From the NCBI GenBank assembly GCA_963794325.1, contig CAWCDG010000004.1, forward strand, positions 608,001-672,000: a DNA stretch of 64,000 nucleotides, read 5' to 3'. Positions within the stretch are counted from its first letter, which is position 1; the number at the start of each line of letters is the position of its first letter. The position numbers were made by a program, and so were the translations under genes. Below the pieces are notes generated by a model. That model saw only the letters and a program-made list of their open reading frames with translations. It had not been told where the DNA came from and did not search any database. Below, in pieces: positions 59,643-64,000 of this stretch. Source of the DNA: an uncultured delta proteobacterium. GTDB taxonomy: Bacteria; Desulfobacterota; Binatia; Binatales; Binataceae.

Positions 59643-60521
59643 CTAGGACTTGATTTCTTCCACGCCGTCCAGTCTCTTCGACAGATCGATCGGATCGCCT
59701 AGTGATACCTGGTGAGGATCGACCTGGTAGGCCCATACCTCGAAGTTAGTCATCCTGGCGGGGCCATACATGGTCGCAAAGGCACATTCGACGGCGTCAA
59801 GGCCTTGCGCGATCTTTATCCGGCCTATCCTGGGTTCGTTGTAGCGTGCATCGAAGACGTGCCACTGGCCGCCAAGGTACACTTCGCTGTAAGCGTGAAA
59901 ATCCATCGGCGATCCGGGATCCACGTGCCCTATGTCAGGTAGATGACCTGTGACATAGCGCGCCGGTAGGTTGATCGCGCGGCAAAGCGCGATCGTGCAA
60001 TGAGCGAAGTCGCGGCACACGCCGTAGCCTCGGTCGATAATTTGCGCCGCTGAGATGTCAGGCCTTCCCGAAGCGAAGCGGTACTCGATGTTGTTATGAA
60101 CCCAGTCAGAGATGGCTTGCACCTGCGCGCTTGCATCGTAGATATGTCCGAACTTCTCGCGCGCGAAGACAAACAGTTTGTCCGAATCGCAATAGCGGCT
60201 GGGTAACAGGTAGCGCAATAGTGATGGCTCAAGAGTGGCGATTGAGGGAGCGCTTCCGAATTGCGCGGACCTGTCGGATGCGGTGGGCACCTCGACCATC
60301 GCGTCGTGCCGAATTTCGTTGAGCCCGGTTCCGAGAATTATCCTATAGACAGTATTGCCGTCGGTGTCGGAGAAAGATTCGAATTTCGTAGCGCGGCCGA
60401 AATCCAGAGTTTCCTGCCGAATGGGTCGGTCGGGGTCTGACCGCGGATTGACGAGAAGAATAACCGTCGCCGACGTTTCACATTCGAAGTAGATGCTGCA
60501 GCCGACGCGAACCGTGAGCAT
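59643..60521 (-). CDS. Transglutaminase-family protein
   Basis: PSRYC.SD, GVCRDFAH, PMDFHA. Confidence 0.92.
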   Translation of the reverse strand: MLTVRVGCSIYFECETSATVILLVNPRSDPDRPIRQETLDFGRATKFESFSDTDGNTVYRIILGTGLNEIRHDAMVEVPTASDRSAQFGSAPSIATLEPSLLRYLLPSRYCDSDKLFVFAREKFGHIYDASAQVQAISDWVHNNIEYRFASGRPDISAAQIIDRGYGVCRDFAHCTIALCRAINLPARYVTGHLPDIGHVDPGSPMDFHAYSEVYLGGQWHVFDARYNEPRIGRIKIAQGLDAVECAFATMYGPARMTNFEVWAYQVDPHQVSLGDPIDLSKRLDGVEEIKS

Positions 60522-60522
60522 C

Positions 60523-61146
60523 TTATCCGCCCTTGCTGACTCGATCGAAGAAATCGGCGAACAGCGGAAGATAAAGCTCGTCCCGCTCGGGATGATATTG
60601 CACTCCTATCGCGTAAGGATGCGACCGCAGCCGCGCCTGCTCGACGATTCCATCGCTCGCCGACCACGCCTCGACTTCCATCTCGTCAGCCAACTTCTCG
60701 AGCGCCTGATGATGCGAGCTGTTCACCGCCGCGAATCGATGTATCGATTTCGAGCTGTGGCGGAGAGGCTGGATGTTTTCCCTCTCAAAATTATCGTGGC
60801 CGGGAATATCGATATGCAAAGTCCCTCCCAGCGCTACATTCAGGAGTTGCAAGCCCCGGCAGATCGCGAGGATGGGCTTTCCCGAAGGGAGCAGCTCGCG
60901 CGCAGCCTTGAACTCCCACGCGTCGCGCGCGCAATCAGTATCGACGATCAATGACGGCTGGGCGATCGTCTGGCGCAGAAATCCGATCGAAATATCGCCG
61001 CCGCCGGTTAGCATCAACGCGTCCATCTGGCACAGATCGACCGGATGCAATCGAGCGTTATGCACCGCAAGATGCGGATAATGACTGAATATAAGCTCGA
61101 ACCAATGTTCGTCGCATTGGCGAATCCATGTCGCGATACTCGGCAT
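60523..61146 (-). CDS. Peptidase C26 / gamma-glutamyl hydrolase (class I GATase)
   Basis: TGGGD, ICRGLQLLNV, NSSHHQA, VQYHPE. Confidence 0.9.
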   Translation of the reverse strand: MPSIATWIRQCDEHWFELIFSHYPHLAVHNARLHPVDLCQMDALMLTGGGDISIGFLRQTIAQPSLIVDTDCARDAWEFKAARELLPSGKPILAICRGLQLLNVALGGTLHIDIPGHDNFERENIQPLRHSSKSIHRFAAVNSSHHQALEKLADEMEVEAWSASDGIVEQARLRSHPYAIGVQYHPERDELYLPLFADFFDRVSKGG

Positions 61147-61295
61147 TTCCAATCCTTCTCGAAAAAGACTCGGCGGCGAGTCTCTCTCTAGAGACTACGG
61201 ATGCTTCGTGATTGTCGCAAATTCATCGGAGCTCCGCTCTTGCGACGAATCGACGGGCCACCTATGTACTGTGTGTTCGCGGGGTACCGTTGAGA

Positions 61296-63023
61296 ATGAA
61301 AATTCACAAGTCCGTTCTGACGGCGTTGATCTTAACGTTGCACTGCGTCGCCACTGTCGGCCAATGCTCGGCAGCCAGTTCTCCTGCGGCGAGTCCGACC
61401 GCCAACGCAGTACCGCCTGCTAGTGCCGCGATTCAGGGGCTCGGCGACTTGCGCGCGCTCGTCGCGGCCGGCACGCTGTCCGATTTGCGCTGGCCCAACT
61501 TTACCGACTATCGCGACAGCGTGAAAAAATTCTACGACGCGGGCGGCTATTCGCTCGCGTGGATCCAGAACGGAAAAGCCAGCCCGCAGGCCGTCTCGAT
61601 GATTCTGCTCTTTCAACACGCTGGGTTGAAAGGCCTGAACCCTGAGGACTACGACGCATCGCGATGGGACGCGCGACTGGCGAAGCTGCAACCTACCGCG
61701 CCCAAGCCCTCAGACACCGACCTGGCGCATATCGATCTGGCGCTGACGGTCTGCGCGATGCGCTACATCTCAGATCTGCACATAGGAAGGGTTAACCCTC
61801 AGCACTTCAAGTTCGGCCTGACGGTCGGACCAACCAAGTATGACCTGGCTGACGAGCTAAGAACGCAAGTTCTCCCATCGTCAGATATTCCCGCGGTCAT
61901 AGTGAAGGTCGAACCAAACTATGATGGTTATCGACGCGTCGAAGATACGCTGGCCACTTACTCGAAAATGGCGACGGCGGGTGACACTCCACTTATACCG
62001 GTACCGCAGAAGGGCGTGCGTCCCGGGAGTAGCTTTGCGGCTATGCCTCAGTTAGTCGCACGATTGCATCAGCTAGGCGACCCTCCATCCAGCGCCGAAG
62101 TGCCGACTGACTCGACGCTATACAAAGGCGCTGTCGTCGATGCGGTGAAACACTTTCAACATCGCCACGGCCTCGACACTGACGGCGTCCTGGGTAAGGG
62201 CACGGTAAATGAACTGAACACGCCCCTCAAAACGCGGGTGCAACAGCTTCAACTCACGCTGGAACGATATCGATGGATCCCGCCGGACTTTCCCGAGCCG
62301 CCAATTGTCGTCAACATTCCCGAATTTCAGTTGCGTACGTTGCGCCGGCAGCCGGCTAGCTACCTGACGATGAAAGTAGTCGTCGGCAAGGCAATGCGGA
62401 CGCAGACGCCGGTGTTCGCGAATGCAATGAAGTATGTGATCTTTCGTCCCTATTGGCTGGTTCCAACCTCGATTCTGCGCAACGAGACAATTCCAAAAAC
62501 GCGACGCGATCCGAACTACCTGGCAGACAACGGATTCGAAGTGGTGGACAGCAGCGGCAACATAGTACCGTCGTCGCCGGCGTCCGACGATGTCATCGAC
62601 GGACTTCGATCCGGATCGTACCGCGTACGGCAGAGGCCCGGTCCCAAGAATGCGCTCGGCCTGGTGAAGTTCATCTTTCCCAATCAATACAACGTGTACC
62701 TGCACAGCACACCGGAACAGGAACTGTTCTCACGGTCCCGCCGCGACTTCAGTCACGGATGTATTCGTGTCGAGAAGCCCGCGGAACTGGCGGCATGGGT
62801 ACTGCGCGACAAGCCGCAATGGACGATGGACAAGATTCTAGCGGCGATGAACACCGGCCCGGACAACGTCCAGGTGAATCTCGACAAACCTATCCCAGTA
62901 CTAATTCTCTATAGCACCGCAGTAGTAGATCCAGACGGCGAAGTAAGGTTCTTCGATGACATCTATGGCTATGACAAATCGCTCGACAAGGTAATAGCGA
63001 ATGGCCCGCCCTATCCGAGTTGA
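61296..63023 (+). CDS. L,D-transpeptidase (YcbB/LdtD-like)
   Basis: PG-binding domain (FQ.RHGL..DG), VNIP, YLHSTP, SHGCIRV. Confidence 0.92.
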   Translation: MKIHKSVLTALILTLHCVATVGQCSAASSPAASPTANAVPPASAAIQGLGDLRALVAAGTLSDLRWPNFTDYRDSVKKFYDAGGYSLAWIQNGKASPQAVSMILLFQHAGLKGLNPEDYDASRWDARLAKLQPTAPKPSDTDLAHIDLALTVCAMRYISDLHIGRVNPQHFKFGLTVGPTKYDLADELRTQVLPSSDIPAVIVKVEPNYDGYRRVEDTLATYSKMATAGDTPLIPVPQKGVRPGSSFAAMPQLVARLHQLGDPPSSAEVPTDSTLYKGAVVDAVKHFQHRHGLDTDGVLGKGTVNELNTPLKTRVQQLQLTLERYRWIPPDFPEPPIVVNIPEFQLRTLRRQPASYLTMKVVVGKAMRTQTPVFANAMKYVIFRPYWLVPTSILRNETIPKTRRDPNYLADNGFEVVDSSGNIVPSSPASDDVIDGLRSGSYRVRQRPGPKNALGLVKFIFPNQYNVYLHSTPEQELFSRSRRDFSHGCIRVEKPAELAAWVLRDKPQWTMDKILAAMNTGPDNVQVNLDKPIPVLILYSTAVVDPDGEVRFFDDIYGYDKSLDKVIANGPPYPS

Positions 63024-63859
63024 CTGGCTGCTCCGTGGTCCTTGAACCACGCCAGCATCCGTTTCCATCCATCCTTGGCGGCTTGCGGATTGTAGCTGGG
63101 ACGATAATCAGCGTTGAAGCCGTGACCGGCATCGGGATAGATCACGATTTCTGACGGCTTGCCCGCCGCCTTGAGCGCGGCGCGCATCTGTTCGATTTGC
63201 GCAATCGGGATTCCCATATCTTTGCCGCCGTAGAGACCTAGAATCGGCGCATTGATCTGATTCACCAGATCGAGCGGATTCTTTGGCCTTAGGTCCGACG
63301 GCGGAGTCTCGAGAGGACCGTACCATGCGACTCCCGCTTTCAGATCGGGATTGTGCGCGGAGTAGAGCCAGACCTGTCGGCCGCCCCAGCAAAAACCGGT
63401 GATGCCCAGTTTGGTGGTATCAGCCTTACCGGTGCTTTTCGCCCACGCCATGGTTGCGTCGAGGTCGGTGGCAACCTGCTTGTCCGGCACTTTGGCGACG
63501 ACCTGCGAAATAATCTGCTGAACGTCACTCATCCTCGAAACGTCGCCTTCGCGCGAAAACAGCAGCGGCGCCACCGCGAAGTAACCCTGCTTGGCGAGGC
63601 GGCGGCAAATGTCTTTGATGTGCTCGTGGACGCCGAAGATCTCGTGCACGACCAGCACGGTCGGAAACGGGCCGCCGCTCGCCGGCATCGCGCGATACGC
63701 CGGAATCTCGCCGCCCTCGACCGGAATCTTGACCTCGCCGGCCACGAGTCCGTTGCTATCGGTCGTGATGGTGTCGGCCGACACCGGCATCACGGCCAGC
63801 GCGAAGCCGGTTGCGAGACTTCCCACCACGAACGCGCGACGCGAGATTTTAGTCGTCAT
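63011..63859 (-). CDS. Dienelactone hydrolase family protein, Tat-like signal
   Basis: SRRAF, HEIFG, GFCWGG, AGHGF. Confidence 0.93.
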   Translation of the reverse strand: MTTKISRRAFVVGSLATGFALAVMPVSADTITTDSNGLVAGEVKIPVEGGEIPAYRAMPASGGPFPTVLVVHEIFGVHEHIKDICRRLAKQGYFAVAPLLFSREGDVSRMSDVQQIISQVVAKVPDKQVATDLDATMAWAKSTGKADTTKLGITGFCWGGRQVWLYSAHNPDLKAGVAWYGPLETPPSDLRPKNPLDLVNQINAPILGLYGGKDMGIPIAQIEQMRAALKAAGKPSEIVIYPDAGHGFNADYRPSYNPQAAKDGWKRMLAWFKDHGAASQLG

Positions 63860-64000
63860 GTTTTCAATTTCTGCAAGACGGTCATCTGGAACGCAAGGGA
63901 GTTTCGCGCATGAAACGGATCGTATCGTCCAAATCCCGGATGCCGGCGTCGGAGCCGAGGCCTTGCGCTACCAACGCGGCCGCGGCGTTGCCGAGTTTCA

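Noticed and set aside
63910-64000. Start of an ORF at the window edge (ATG after AAGGGAG)
   Set aside because: Only 30 codons are visible and there is no recognisable motif.

Overview
GC-rich (roughly 60-65%) bacterial chromosome segment. Gene style and content suggest a soil deltaproteobacterial-like lineage such as Ca. Binatota, but that is inference only. It is mostly housekeeping and metabolic genes: glmS end, GH38 alpha-mannosidase, biotin carboxylases, moaB and moaD-moaE, ispH, pyrF, a molybdenum-hydroxylase operon, acyl-CoA dehydrogenase, argE-like, ppk1, a glycosylation block, transglutaminases and an L,D-transpeptidase. It also holds four toxin-antitoxin loci and several REP-like palindrome families. 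No rRNA, tRNA, CRISPR array, integrase or transposase was seen. Highlights: (1) a ~3.3 kb cassette after pyrF, bounded by ~93-bp direct repeats, encoding a calcineurin-like phosphoesterase with a duplicated membrane hairpin inside the catalytic domain, an unassigned beta-rich domain and a C-terminal GAF domain, plus a coupled 68-aa partner; (2) a CxxC/RAPP leader ORF (CruR/DUF2946-like) in front of a TonB-receptor-exbB-exbD-tonB operon; (3) a candidate ~75-nt two-hairpin sRNA with a C-rich loop; (4) a decayed tandem duplication of two methyltransferase genes with a higBA module inserted into it. Seven clear frameshifts and one apparent gene fusion are all explained by +1 single-base insertions, which points to a sequencing artefact.
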